Counted from the stretch's first letter, positions 12,090 through 24,809 are shown. The stretch: DNA of 64,000 nt from Rhina ancylostomus (GCA_030265395.1 JARFYF010000029.1:10626961-10690960); one strand, 5' to 3'. Numbers and translations are program-made. The notes: generated from the letters alone by a model not told the origin.

Positions 12090-12950
12090 AATTGGCATGC
12101 ATGGGAGAAAGTTTTGAAGTGTGATAAAGAGTGGAGAGGATATAGATAGGCATGTGAAAGGACAGACAAATAGCAGATGAAATTTAATGCAGAGGTCTGA
12201 AGTGATGCACTTTAGCAGAAAGAATTAGGAGAGAATGCAGACTAAATGGCTCAATATTTGAGGGTGTGCAGGAACACAGAGATCTGGATTTATATCTGAA
12301 TAAATCTTTGCAAGTGGCAGGTTATAATGAGAGAGTGGTTTATAAAAAGTAGGGAAGTGTATGGGAGTATAAAAGCAGGAAAATGATGTTGAACCTGTAC
12401 AGAAAGCTGGTTTGGCCATGACTAGGTTTCAAATCATCTAAATTTGGAAAGAATGTGAAGACTCTAGAGTGGGTGCTGAATGGCTTTAGGAACAAGATGT
12501 TCCAGTTGCACATCGGTCTGGAAAAGGTGGGCTTGTTCTTCTTGAAACAAAGAAGGTTGAGAAAAAATTCAACAGAGGTGTATGAGATCATATCTCCATT
12601 AGTTTAAGNNNNNNNNNNNNNNNNNNNNNNNNNNNNNNNNNNNNNNNNNNNNNNNNNNNNNNNNNNNNNNNNNNNNNNNNNNNNNNNNNNNNNNNNNNNN
12701 NNNNNNNNAAGGACAGGTTTATACAGCTTGCGTAAAAGATCCAAGGGACTTGTGAGAGTTTTTTTTACTCAGAGTTGTTATGACTGGCTCTTTGGGTGGT
12801 GAAATCAGAATCAATCAGTGCTTTCAATAGGGAATTGGATGGACACTTGGAGAAGAATAATTTGTAGGGATCTGGGGAAAGAGCAAAGGAACTGAATTAA
12901 TAGGATTAATTATGCCACAAACTCAGTGCTCCATCTGTATTGTAACAAAT
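12090..12950 (+). mobile_element. Degenerate CR1 LINE 3' region (contains gap)
   Basis: CR1 signatures gcagatgaaatttaatgcagag, gaaacaaagaaggttgag, tttttactcagagttgtt, gggaattggatggacacttg. Confidence 0.75.
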
Positions 12951-13629
12951 CTATATTTCTATGATTGGTGTCACTTCCTGTAATCCCTTTTGTATAAAAT
13001 CATTCACAGTCCCAATGGCAGCAGTCTGAACTTCCAATATGGTCCTCAGACACCTGGGTGGGTGTGGTTGCTCTATAGTGGTATTTATGCCATCGGCCTT
13101 CAGACCCTTTGTCACGTTTGAGTCCACAAGTGTGTGGCTGGGATTGAATACCAGTTCCACAGTGAAAAGCATGTGCTCCTCGTTCTGTGCAATGCCCTGT
13201 ACCCAGACAGTGTCAGATTTCACCAGGCTTCCTGACGTTGAAATACCAGTTTCCTTCCCAGTGTTTACGTGGGGATAGTCATTGGGCTTCCTCTGCTGCT
13301 TGGCCTGTAAAGGTCCTCATCTGAGTCNNNNNNNNNNNNNNNNNNNNNNNNNNNNNNNNNNNNNNNCAGGCACCTGCTATATCTATCCCTCCTGCCCTAG
13401 ATCCAGGTTCCTTGTGTTGGTGACTCACCACAAACTCTGCCCCTGTCTGTTCGCTAGATAAAATATACTGTCTGTATATGAATTGGTGAAATGTGAAATT
13501 GCGTGTTGCCTTCATCATTGCTGGCCTTTTGGTGTTCTTCCATTGCCCAGAAGGAGGTTAGTGGATTGAGTATCATATGTGGTTTGTAGTGGGATATGGC
13601 ATTTGAAAATGCCTTCATTGATCTTGAAA

Positions 13630-13835
13630 TGTTGTGTGAGATCATTTAACATTTCACAGCAATGCACTGATATTTGAGGCTCAATTCCTGGCATTCACCT
13701 CCACGACTATTTGCTTCTGCTGGCTTTGAGTCTGGTGACTGGTGGTCCTCATAGACGCTTGCGCAGAACATCTCTCCTTCAGCAAGTCCCCAGTCCAGCA
13801 TCTGGAACCCTTGCGACTGCTGTCTCCCTTGTTGT
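13630..13835 (-). mobile_element. Relic of Harbinger Myb/SANT-like ORF
   Basis: Minus-strand fragments across frameshifts: RVPDAGL..RRDVL..QKQIVVEVNARN*..CCEMLNDLTQ, resembling the Myb/SANT pattern RF.D..LE..RRDVL..W..I..EVNA..QCRKKFNDL. Confidence 0.55.
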
Positions 13836-14404
13836 AACCATTCTCCCCTGGATAACCCCCAGATACCCATTGTATCCGAGATTATATACCAGATCATGGC
13901 TGCTATTGGAAGGGCTGCCAGCACTGGTTCCAGCAGCAGTAGACTTCCCCTTTAAGGTATGAACACTGGCTTTAACTGTCGCTAGCCACAAATGATATTG
14001 GCCCCTTGTTGACGATTCCAGATGATGAACATCGTGGTTAGAGCTGGCTGAATACTAAGAACGTTTTCATGAGCAGAGATGCAACGTTAGTGTGCTCCCT
14101 GAATTATAATCAGTGAGTGAGGAAAGGTCACGTATTGGAATCCCTGAACTTTTTTTCGAGTTGCGGTTTTTTTAAAAAAAACGTGCAATACGCTTGGCTG
14201 CCTTCATCAATCTTGTTGCTTGTGTGTGTGTGTGTCTCACTTTCTCCCTCTACATTATTTATTGATCCATACATTCTGTTTTTATCACCAGCTTCTATTT
14301 TTTTGGGGCCATTAGTTTTCCTGAAATCTCAGCAAGACTGCTTGCTGCCTGATGTTCACTTGGCGGTCCCGCAGTCACCCACCAACCACTCAGCTTCAAG
14401 GGGC

Positions 14405-14428
14405 GGCTCGGCTCGGCTCGGCTCGGCT
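14405..14428 (+). repeat. (GGCTC)n pentanucleotide repeat in an intronic CpG islet
   Basis: ggctcggctcggctcggctcggctc seen directly. Confidence 0.9.
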
Positions 14429-15834
14429 CCCCTCCCGAGTTCGGCAGCTGCGCGTTGGGAGGTGGCGGTCAGACGGGAGCCGGAGGTCAGATCCCGACGC
14501 CCCTGACCTCCCGCTCCGCCGCTGTGTCTAGGGGTAGGTGCGCGAGTGAAGGCTTTGTATGTACCACGGCGATCCCATTCATTTCAATGGGGTGACTGCC
14601 CTTTGATTAAGAAAGGTAAGTGGAAATGATTTATTTAAAATAAAGAGAAACAAGCAACATAAATTAATTTCTAGTACTTCAAATTATTTAAGTAACTTTA
14701 TTATTGCTAATGCCTTTCAATTATTTGAATTCATTTGAACAATTTTCAAATGTCTCTGAGCTGTAGAGATATGTAAAAGAGGGTCAAAGGTCTTGGCTGG
14801 GTGAGTATGTACGTTGGGGGCAAATTTTGGCTTCATTGAGTGAAGCATCAAAGTCTTCCAGAACTTGAACCTTCCATGGTGGAGGTTAGCCGTGCTTTGG
14901 CACAAGTNNNNNNNNNNNNNNNNNNNNNNNNNNNNNNNNNNNNNNNNNNNNNNNNNNNNNNNNNNNNNNNNNNNNNNNNNNNNNNNNNNNNNNNNNNNNN
15001 NNNNNNNNNNNNNNNNNNNNNNNNNNNNNNNNNNNNNNNNNNNNNNNNNNNNNNNNNNNNNNNNNNNNNNNNNNNNNNNNNNNNNNNNNNNNNNNNNNNN
15101 NNNNNNNNNNNNNNNNNNNNNNNNNNNNNNNNNNNNNNNNNNNNNNNNNNNNNNNNNNNNNNNNNNNNNNNNNNNNNNNNNNNNNNNNNNNNNNNNNNNN
15201 NNNNNNNNNNNNNNNNNNNNNNNNNNNNNNNNNNNNNNNNNNNNNNNNNNNNNNNNNNNNNNNNNNNNNNNNNNNNNNNNNNNNNNNNNNNNNNNNNNNN
15301 NNNNNNNNNNNNNNNNNNNNNNNNNNNNNNNGCAGAATCTGGCCACGCAGTCATGAGTGTATAGGGAGTAGAATAGAGGGTTGAGGATGCAGCCTTGGTG
15401 GGCACATTGTAAATAGTACTTTGGGACCCCTGGAAAGCTTTGTCATTAATTGACCTTGGGGAGGTATGATTCTCCCCATATCACAACATTGCTCATTCAC
15501 CTAGTATGAGTGTGGGATACTTCTTTTCTCATGTTACTTTTGCACTCTGTGGAGACAAAAGTGTGGTTCTTCTCCAGATTTAAAGGTTTAGTTTTTAAGT
15601 GTTTGTTAGCCTTGAAATCAACAAGCTGTTACAATGTTAAAATGTTTGCTACTCATAGCCCTGATTATATTTTCTAATGGATTTATCCTGTTGTCTGTAG
15701 TTTACCTCTCCCAAGTTGACAATAATTATTTCTTTCCTTGGAAAGGAGATGCAATATTTGGCAATAGATTAACTGAACTTTATTTGGAGCTGTGATTGGC
15801 TACCCAGAGGGCACTTGAATCTGCTGGCTATGGA

Positions 15835-16015
15835 GAATTATTATGCATCATTGCTGGGTCAAAGTCTCCCAACTTCCCACCTATCCCCCAAATGAGACCC
15901 CTTCATCACATGAACAGCAGCAGCTTAAGAAACTGACTCACCACCATCTTTATAAAGGCAACTAGGGAAGGGCAAATGTTGGTCTTGCTAATGATGACCG
16001 TATTCAGAGAATAAA
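15835..16015 (+). mobile_element. 3' end of a non-LTR retrotransposon (same family as 40375-42045)
   Basis: ttgctgggtcaaagtctcccaac...ctcaccaccatcttt...ggcaactagggaagggcaa..ggtcttgctaatgatg. Confidence 0.6.
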
Positions 16016-16549
16016 GTTGCTCCACCAGGAAACTGCAGGAAAGAACAAAGAGAAAATTAGATTAGTAATCTTGTGGAAGCAATTGTTTTTAAAGTACCTA
16101 CCAAAGTGCCGATTCAGCATATATTGCAAATCTCTGGCTTTGTAACACTTGAGCTATGGGGCTGTGGTGGGGAAAGTTCTATCACCCCAAATAATTGGTG
16201 GGACAGCCATTGGATATTATGTCTTCTGTGATTTTGGGTTGAATCTAATGCCTAGGTGGCAGTGAAGGAACACTGAGAAGGATTCATTAGTGAGCTGGGA
16301 TCTATCTATGCTTTCTGTTCTTCTTTGGTAGATTAAAATACTTTAGGTCCTGTGAAACAAATGAATCCAGATTGCAACAGGCCATTTTACTCTGTCCTTC
16401 TATTGCACTGTCAGTGAAAGTAATACACAAATAATCGAGCCTAATTCTCAATTCAGTTGTTCGGTTGTTGTTAGTGCAAATTTCTTTTGGAATAATTTTA
16501 AGATTTACTATTTTCAATACTGGAGATTTATTTAAATGACTAGTTTGCA

Positions 16550-17130
16550 AAAATAGGAGATTTGATAAAGGTGTTCAAAATTTGTAAGCCTACGTATGTG
16601 GAGAAATTGTTCCCAGTTTCAGGAGTCGTGCTCCACAGATTTCAGATGTAATTCTCATTAATCTATCAACAGATGGCTTCATCAACAGTTTATCACCATG
16701 GTAACACTGATCTCCCCCTATCAGAAATTGTCCCGTCCATTCCTCCCCTACTCCCTTTTTGTTCACTTTTCCAGTTCTTTGGAAAGAAGTATCTTTGACC
16801 TGAAATGTGTTAGTCTTTCCATAAAAGCTGCCTGACCTACTGAGCATTTCCAGCATTGTTTTTATTGTAGATTTACTTAATTGACAAAAGAACCAGAGGT
16901 GAACTGTTAATTTAGTGAGCTATTATTATCTGGATTGCATTCTTAAAAGGTAATGGAAGCAAATTCAATAGCAAATTTCATAAGGGAGTTGGATGAATAA
17001 ATGGAAAGGAAAATAATTTTAGAGCCGTGGGGAAAGAGGTGAAGCAGGACTACTTAGTTTGTTCTCATGAAAAGTTCAGGCAGGTACAATGGCCTGATGG
17101 CTTAATTATGTGCTTAAAATTCTACAATTT
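16550..17130 (+). mobile_element. Old CR1 3' fragment interrupted by a Penelope-like terminus (~16630-16870)
   Basis: ggagatttgataaaggtgttcaaaatt...; gctgcctgacctactgagcatttccagcatt; then aatttcataagggagttggatgaata. Confidence 0.6.
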
Positions 17131-17149
17131 GTTCATGGTGCTGCCTCTG

Positions 17150-17290
17150 ACCTCAGGACATCCCAATGAACTACATGTGAAGTAGTTCTAATTGAATGTA
17201 GGAAACACCACAGTCAATAGATAAGTAGCAAGCACCTATAAATAGGAATGTGGTAATCTGATCAGAAAATCTGTCAAAATGATGTTAGTT
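17150..17290 (-). mobile_element. Degenerate Deu-domain SINE fragment
   Basis: ctcaggacatccca...aatgtaggaaacaccacagtcaat...agcaagcacctataaataggaatgtggtaat is the reverse of the Deu 3' region. Confidence 0.55.
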
Positions 17291-17819
17291 ATACAGTTTT
17301 TTTTGTTATTTTTGAGTACTCTTTTCTTTCGACTTGTATTTGAAAAAGAATGATGCTTCCTAGATAAATGGGCAATGCAAATAGAATCACATTTGATTCT
17401 CCAAATTTATTATAACCAATTCCAAAGATTAATTATTTTCAACAATTGTTTAATAATGGGAATGGTGCCGTATTCAGGTAAAAGTGCTATCATTTACTTG
17501 TTTACCATTGTGTGTGTGTTCCAATACTGATTTCCGACTATCTGTCTTTCACCCCAGATACACATGATTAGAATGGTCTGATTTTCTAGCTTGTCTCACT
17601 CACCCATCCCTCATCTAACTGTTGACCTAAACTGGCTCTATTCCTGATAATCTTTTGGTCTTATAACAATCCTTCTTGATTTTAGTTGTCTCCCTACTTT
17701 TAACTGAGATATTCCCCAGCCCCATGGATCTTTTGTTGACTGGTAACCTAACTGCAGTGCCTGGTTAATCAATTAGCTGAGATGTAGCAGTTTATGACAT
17801 TTTCTGACCCATTGTGTGA

Positions 17820-17985
17820 GTGTTATAGAGTAATACAGCACAGCAACAGACCCTATGGCCCAACTTGTCCATACCAGTCAAGATGCCCATTCAAGCTAGT
17901 CCTATATGCCCACATTTGGCCTATGTCCCTCTGAACCTTTCCTATCCATGTAGCTCTCCAAGTGTCTTTTAAATGTGGTTATTAA
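17820..17985 (-). mobile_element. CR1 LINE 3' end
   Basis: atagagtaatacagcacagcaacagaccctatggccc...tttggcctatgtccctctgaacctttcctatccatg. Confidence 0.75.
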
Positions 17986-18034
17986 AGAAATATGCCAGAA
18001 AAGAATATTTCACATTGAGTGTTCACACCTCCAT

Positions 18035-18360
18035 ATTTGTAGTCCTTCAGGATCCAGGATGATTTACTTCCACTCCAGTTTGGTGTTTTCTGAAGGTGGC
18101 TAATGAGGTCAATACCTCCCTTGTGGATGGCACAGGAGGAGCCTTACGGGTGCAGATAGGTGGGTAGTTTGTAGGGTGGTACTTTTCAGCTGCTTACAAA
18201 GGCTGCCTGTATTCTCCTCATGGATGGCCTTGAGGTTCTCAATACTGTTCCAAATGTTCCCTCTCCATGTTCAGTGATTATGCCACTCTGACTTGGAGTC
18301 AGAGGACAAGATGCATTTCTTCAAGCAGGCTTTGAGTACTTCCTTGAATCTTTTCCTCCA
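18035..18360 (-). mobile_element. RTE-clade LINE 3' end (degenerate)
   Basis: gcatttcttcaagcaggctttgagtacttccttgaatcttttcctcc reads on the minus strand as a GG.RKRFK.VLKA.LKKC-like RTE C-terminus. Confidence 0.55.
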
Positions 18361-18424
18361 CTCTTAGGCTATTACAACAGTAGCTCTGGGTGACATTAAT
18401 CACCAATCAACTTTACCATAGCAG

Positions 18425-18560
18425 GTGCCCTGGTTGCTTTCTTATTGATGTTTGAGGAATCTTGCTCTACACTAGTTGGCTGTGGTGTTGCATTCATAGG
18501 CTCCAGAATGATTTGGAATGACCCGAGGTTGCAAAGGGTACAAGGCAAATAAAAACTTTC
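18425..18560 (+). mobile_element. Deu-domain SINE 3' fragment
   Basis: ttgatgtttgaggaatcttgctctacactagttggctgtggtgtt...tttggaatgacccgaggttgcaaagg. Confidence 0.5.
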
Positions 18561-20879
18561 AGGGTTGACATTTACACAGAAGTTATTGGCTTTTGAAATT
18601 AGAAATTTAAATTAATGGTCGTGCCATCCTAGAAACATCTGGTGGCATTTTATATAATGAGTGATCATGTTTGATAAAATATCTTCTGTCAAATTTAAAT
18701 TTCCCTTCGTCATTACTGTCTAGTAATTTTCTTTAATGTTCTCCTTCCAACATCCTGTTTTTTTTTTTGTTACCTCTCAATCCTTGTCATTAAAGAATAT
18801 GCATTTTAATAACTTGCAATATTCACCTCCTTTGACAGAATCCCACACGCCAAAGCATGAGTCAGTTTTTTTTATTAACCATGAGTTGTAAATTTAATAA
18901 CTGGATTGTGATTTTTGTGCTGTTGGTAGTGCAGGTACATCTTCCATATACGTTTCACTTAAAAAAAACTGTTACTGAAATGCTTGCATGGAGGATACAA
19001 TATGTAATTTTATCATCCGTTTCATAACACTTTAAATTGGCCCGCATAGCAGGCATATATATTCAGTATCAGATTCAAAATGTGCATTTGCCTGTAAATT
19101 GTGACTGCTGTATCAACATACTTCATTTTTCAAGAATGTTTTTTCTTTTATTTTAGTGAGAATGAAAATTTCAGAGGAGTTCAATTAAAACAGCAGGTAG
19201 ATCAGTTTATATGATTATAATCCACACTTGCAAAATACAACTATCTAGACTAGATGTTTTAATTATGCAGGTATGATACTGAATGGGGTTTCATTCATTT
19301 GCAAGGATTTTAGCTCATAACTGATAATCACAGATGATTATCAGTTATCAGGTTGGTATAAAAGGCTTTTAAATCTGGTAAGTGTAGTAAGATCTGATGA
19401 ATGTAGTAAATAAATTAAGTAAATGTATGCTCAGTTAGAGATAAATATATATGTAGGAAATTCTGACCTGATTTTTGTTTCGTAGACTTGATAAGGAACT
19501 AAACATTCAAAAAAAAAAGCTGCTCATTTATTTATTCAAGCATTTATTCTGAAATTGGCATAAACTATTCAAATCCACAGCTGTTGGGGAATATACATGT
19601 GACTGAATGGAATTAAAATGGAAGAGGGCTGGGAGAAGGTGCATCATGCTCTGTAGAATTTAATCAGACCTTGTTCACCTTCTGGAGTGGTGAAAATTAC
19701 AAATAGAAACTATGTATAAATATTAGGGGAAAAGATCAACATTAGGAACAATGTAAGCCATTCGGCCCCTCTGGTGTGGCCCATCATTCACTTGAATCCC
19801 CGCAAACCTTCCCTTCACCTCATTTCCTCCTCCTTAATCCAGTTTTCCTGATGATATTGCTCAGACATTGACATCATTCTGGGGTGTTTCAATTGACCAT
19901 GGCCTTTTAAGGGAGAGAATTCTTCACTGTAGAAGAGTGGTGCAACAACAGTGACCTGGGTTTTGACAGATCTTGCCAGAAGTTCTACTTGACAGATCTT
20001 GCCAGAACTGTCTGAATTTCTTGTGGACTTGAGTTCCAGAAAGTTTTGGGATTATCATACAAAGGCTGAAGTTCCAAACCAGCTGGGTGAGCTCTGCTGG
20101 CCATTTCCTGGCTGGGCTGTGCTGCTGGGGAGTTGGGTGACAAAGCAGAAGATTATTGAGATGTTTCAGTGCTTATGTTGGGAGCTCTGTTCTTGGAGAC
20201 ATGTTAAGGAATTCAACTGAAAGGGGATTGTGAGGAAGAAAGGAGAGGTAAATTATGTAANNNNNNNNNNNNNNNNNNNNNNNNNNNNNNNNNNNNNNNN
20301 NNNNNNNNNNNNNNNNNNNNNNNNNNNNNNNNNNNNNNNNNNNNNNNNNNNNNNNNNNNNNNNNNNNNNNNNNNNNNNNNNNNNNNNNNNNNNNNNNNNN
20401 NNNNNNNNNNNNNNNNNNNNNNNNNNNNNNNNNNNNNNNNNNNNNNNNNNNNNNNNNNNNNNNNNNNNNNNNNNNNNNNNNNNNNNNNNNNNNNNNNNNN
20501 NNNNNNNNNNNNNNNNNNNNNNNNNNNNNNNNNNNNNNNNNNNNNNNNNNNNNNNNNNNNNNNNNNNNNNNNNNNNNNNNNNNNNNNNNNNNNNNNNNNN
20601 NNNNNNNNNNNNNNNNNNNNNNNNNNNNNNNNNNNNNNNNNNNNNNNNNNNNNNNNNNNNNNNNNNNNNNNNNNNNNNNNNNNNNNNNNNNNNNNNNNNN
20701 NNNNNNNNNNNNNNNNNNNNNNNNNNNNNNNNNNNNNNNNNNNNNNNNNNNNNNNNNNNNNNNNNNNNNNNNNNNNNNNNNNNNNNNNNNNNNNNNNNNN
20801 NNNNNNNNNNNNNNNNNNNNNNNNNNNNNNNNNNNNNNNNNNNNNNNNNNNNNNNNNNNNNNNNNNNNNNNNNNTGTTA

Positions 20880-21210
20880 TAAATGATAATAACCTGGGAT
20901 CTGTGGAGGAGCAAAGGGATTTGGGAGTCTATGTAAAAGAAGCATTGGAAGCTAGTGATCATGTACAACTAAGTAATAACAAGTTGAATAGTCATCTTTT
21001 CTCAAGAGACCTTGAATACCTAAAGGTACGGTGATGTTACAGCACTTGTGAACCTGCAATTGGAATATTATATTCAATCCTGGGCACTTCCTTTCTAGAG
21101 GGCTGCATTTTCCTTTTAAGGGATGAAGGTCAGAGTCACCTGGCTGATACTGGGAATTAAAGGGTAAATGACAGAACCAGATGAGTAGATTAGGCTTGCG
21201 TCCTCTTCAT
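20880..21210 (+). mobile_element. Degenerate CR1 RT-region fragment
   Basis: gtggaggagcaaagggatttgggagtctatgta...ttggaatattatattcaatcctgggcac. Confidence 0.65.
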
Positions 21211-21514
21211 GAGTCACTGGCAAGAAATAAACTTCGTCCCTGGATTGTGCTCACGTTCAGGAAACCATCTGTTTCATTATTTAGTTAATTTATATTCATG
21301 TGTTAATGGTGCATTGTATATTCAAATTGTATTCAGTTAATGTTTCTGTTTATGTGTGAGGCTCCAGAATTGGCCTTTTATCTCCTATTGGCCACCATTA
21401 GTCTTCTGTGCTTCCGAAAGTCCATGACTTAAATATAACCACTGTTCCACATTTGTTTTATTGTTGTGTTGTTTGTGTCCAAATATTGAATATCACCAGG
21501 CTGTTCAACTATAG

Positions 21515-21795
21515 GGACCCGAGTCGATCCTGACCTCGGGTGGAGTTTGTATGTCCTCCTTATGATCTTGTGGCTTTCTGGGTGCTCTAGTTTCCTCCCA
21601 CATCCCAAAGAAATGTTGGGGGTTAAATAACCACAGTAAATGACCCATTAGTATAGATGTGGCAAAAGAATCAGAGGAATTGATGGGCATGCGTGAGAGA
21701 GTAAGTTGTAGAGTTCTAAGGAATGGGACTGATGGGATTGCTGCGTTGGGAGCCGGCATGGATCTGGCGAGCTAAAAGACCTGTGTTGTAGTAAG
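21515..21795 (+). mobile_element. V-SINE
   Basis: gtcgatcctgacctcgggtggagtttgtatgtcctcc...gggtgctctagtttcctcccacatcccaaaga. Confidence 0.8.
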
Positions 21796-23109
21796 GAAGT
21801 AAATTTTAAATGTGCTATCCTGTTCTAGTTTCATCCTGTCTTCTTCAGAAGTCCACATGTGTTCTCATTCTTACGGGCTTAGCTGTGTACTGAGTGGGAT
21901 TGGAGATCCTGTTTGAGATCAGATGTTTCTCCCCGCCTATGCCTACAACCAGCAGCACCACCATCTCAGTTGTACTGGGCAACGGCAAGGATTGAACCCT
22001 TGGACTGAAACATTCTAACTCTACAAAATGTGAGCTATTTAATTAGAAATTAGCGTTGTTATGAAATGCAAACTGAATAATTTTTCTATAATACATTGCA
22101 AACCCAACAGAAATGTTTTGGGTAATTTATCTCCATTGCCCCTTCCTCATTGGAAATTCCGTCAAGCTTTCACCCACAGGCCAGCTTCAACCTAGCAGAA
22201 AAATGAATGGTTGCATTTCTGCTGGGCCCTTCAGACTTAAATAAGAGATAAACAACACCAGCAAATAATACACAACCTTAGAGAAGGGAAAATATCTCCT
22301 GTTCAATTCACAACAAATGGCATTAAAGCCCTGAAGAATCCTGACATGTAAATTCCATTCTGTGGCAAAGCTTTCATTTGCAAGGCCTAGTCAGTGCCGA
22401 AAAGCTGAACAGACAGGAGACATTTAAGAATTGCTCCCAGAGGAATGAAGCTACATTACTTGGCACTTAATCCTGTTAAGCAAATGCCTGACAGTCATAA
22501 GGCTGTGATTGCTACCAATGGAGAGCAAAATGTAATGATAGGTGATGAGTGTCGAAAAGCCTATTTGCATCTTGTGTGACACATAATTAATTCTGTAGAA
22601 ACCTCGACTAAAAATCTGTTTTTGTTTTGTTTTTTTTTGTATTTATGTACATGGCAGTCATTGGCATTGGTAAATGATGCCCTCAAGGGCAAATATACAG
22701 TTGCATTCTGGTATTTATTCTGAGAAAGCAAACAGAATGGCTTATATTTTCAATGAGAGACCTTTATCTTTTTGTAAACCAATTATTTGTGTTTTGCTGT
22801 ACCTATTTCAATCCTGACAGAAAAATATGTGTGGAGATATTATGAAGAATGTTCATATCTCTTTAGAGTTGTGTGGAGGCTCGTATATTCAGCTGGGTTA
22901 TACATCCAATTTTTATGTCAAAAGTGCAACATTAAAAAAGTAGTGAAAAAGCAATGTGCCAAAGGAACGTGTTCCCTTTTTTTAAAAGAAAGAAAGGAAT
23001 TTATCTAGCTGCCAGAGATGAAAGTAATTCACAGGTGCTTTTGTATCACTCTGGCCATTTTCTCACTGGTATGTTTACTGGCTGATTTTTGCCACTGCAA
23101 GCATCTTAT

Positions 23110-23840
23110 GATGTTGGTTCCTGGGACATGGATGTTGCTGGCAATACCAGCATTTATTGTTCATCCCTGTTTGCCTTTGAATGGATGAGCCAGGGTAGAA
23201 TCAACCACTTTGGAGGGTTTACATTACGGCTTGACCAGTAAGGACAGTAGTTTTCCTTCCTTGAAGACAGGGATTTTAACAATAATTCAGGAGTTATGTT
23301 GTTATTGTTACTGACACTTTAAATTCAATTGAATAAATGTGGAATTTCTCCAGTGGTTGGTGGGATTTGAACTCGTGTTTCTGGATCAAAAGCTAAAACT
23401 CTGAAGGCAGAGGAGAGTAGTAGTGGAGTTACTTGACTACCACCCAGTGTCTTTAGTTATTTTTTTACTTTTGATTTGACTCTCCCCATGCCCCAGGGCA
23501 CCATTAGAATGTGAATGTTGTTCGATCTGTCGCTGGACATCAGCAAGTCAGAATTGTGTGGCCTCTTTAATTTGTTCAAGGTACGTGGGCCTTGCAGGCT
23601 GAGCCAACATTTAAATGCCAAGCCTAATTGCCTTCGAGAAGGTGGTGGCGAGCTGCCTTCTTGATCCGTTGTAGCTCTTGAGGTGCTGATATACCCGTAA
23701 CTGCTGTTAGGAAGGGTGTTCTGGGACTATGACCCAGCGATTATGATTCCAAGTCACGATGGTGTGTGGTTTGGAGGGCAACTTCCTGGTGGTGGTGTTC
23801 CCTTGCTTTTGCTGGTAGAGGTTGTGGGTTTGGAAGGTTC
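23110..23840 (-). mobile_element. Two 3'-end fragments of the non-LTR family seen at 40375-42045, or a SINE sharing its tail
   Basis: gggacatggatgttgctggcaataccagcatttattgttcatccc; ctaattgccttcgagaaggtggtggcgagctgccttcttga. Confidence 0.6.
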
Positions 23841-23999
23841 CCTCACCACAGTCACCAGTTGACCCTTCATACGGCGTGTTATGGTGGAGCTGGTAAAGCT
23901 TTACTAGCAACTGTTCTGCATGATCATAAATTTAACATTCTTGTTCACTGTGCACCCAAGTAGTGTAAAAACATTTCTCACTGGGATATCTTCACTGCA

Positions 24000-24800
24000 T
24001 TCCTCTTTCAATCTCTGCACTGAGCAACTGCTCATAATCAATTTTAGCCTCCACTTCAATTCACTGTGCTGCCTCTCTGAACTCGCTACCACTTCCTTTC
24101 TATCCATTTAGCTCTCTGGCAAGTCCGCAGTAACTTCTGGGGCCTTGCCACCTTGGAGGTCTCTTCATCACCCTCAATCTATACCCACCACCACCACCTC
24201 TTCCCTCTGTTTGCTGGTACAATATTCTCTGCCCAATTCACTTTAAAAATTCAAACCTTCACCTGTCTGCCCTTGGGTGCTCCATTCACTACAACGTTTC
24301 TGTCGCTACAGATCTGCAGAATCATCCTGGCGTCTCCACCACTGATGTTCCAATCCCCACGAATACTATTCATCCTAGCCTGCTTTTCCATTCTTTTATA
24401 TCCAAGGGGATGCAGGTACGGCAGATAATTGGATCAGCCATTCACTGTCCAAGCTGGCTGCACCAAGTAGAATATCAAAGGCCTTGTTCTCCACTGCCAC
24501 AAATTGCACAGTGACCCAGGATTATTTTGAATACAGAGAGAAACTCTGGCTTCTTTACTGCGCGATGCTTCCTTAAACTCCCCGTCCTGTCCTCTCCAAT
24601 CTCCAATGATTGGTAGCCTCTGAGACTCCTACTGTCCCTTATCCCACTGGAATCAATGGATTCACCTTCCTTGACTCCTGAACCCCCATCTTTTTGTGAG
24701 TCTTCCTTTAAACTCTCTTCATGACGTCTGTGAATACAATGAAACCCATCTCCTGCTCCCATTGAACCAATACCCAGGAACTCCAGATGATTCAATTTCC
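24000..24800 (+). mobile_element. Highly decayed Penelope-like ORF remnants
   Basis: Pyrimidine-rich segment with a ...gcctctgagactcctactgtcc (SLRDS-like) motif, adjacent to a Penelope-type terminus. Confidence 0.35.
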
Positions 24801-24809
24801 ATTCCTGGA

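Noticed and set aside
17540-17581. Good acceptor followed by ATACACATGATTAG, superficially like the next GRM exon (IPQIS)
   Set aside because: Reads IHMIRMV* and has no further similarity.
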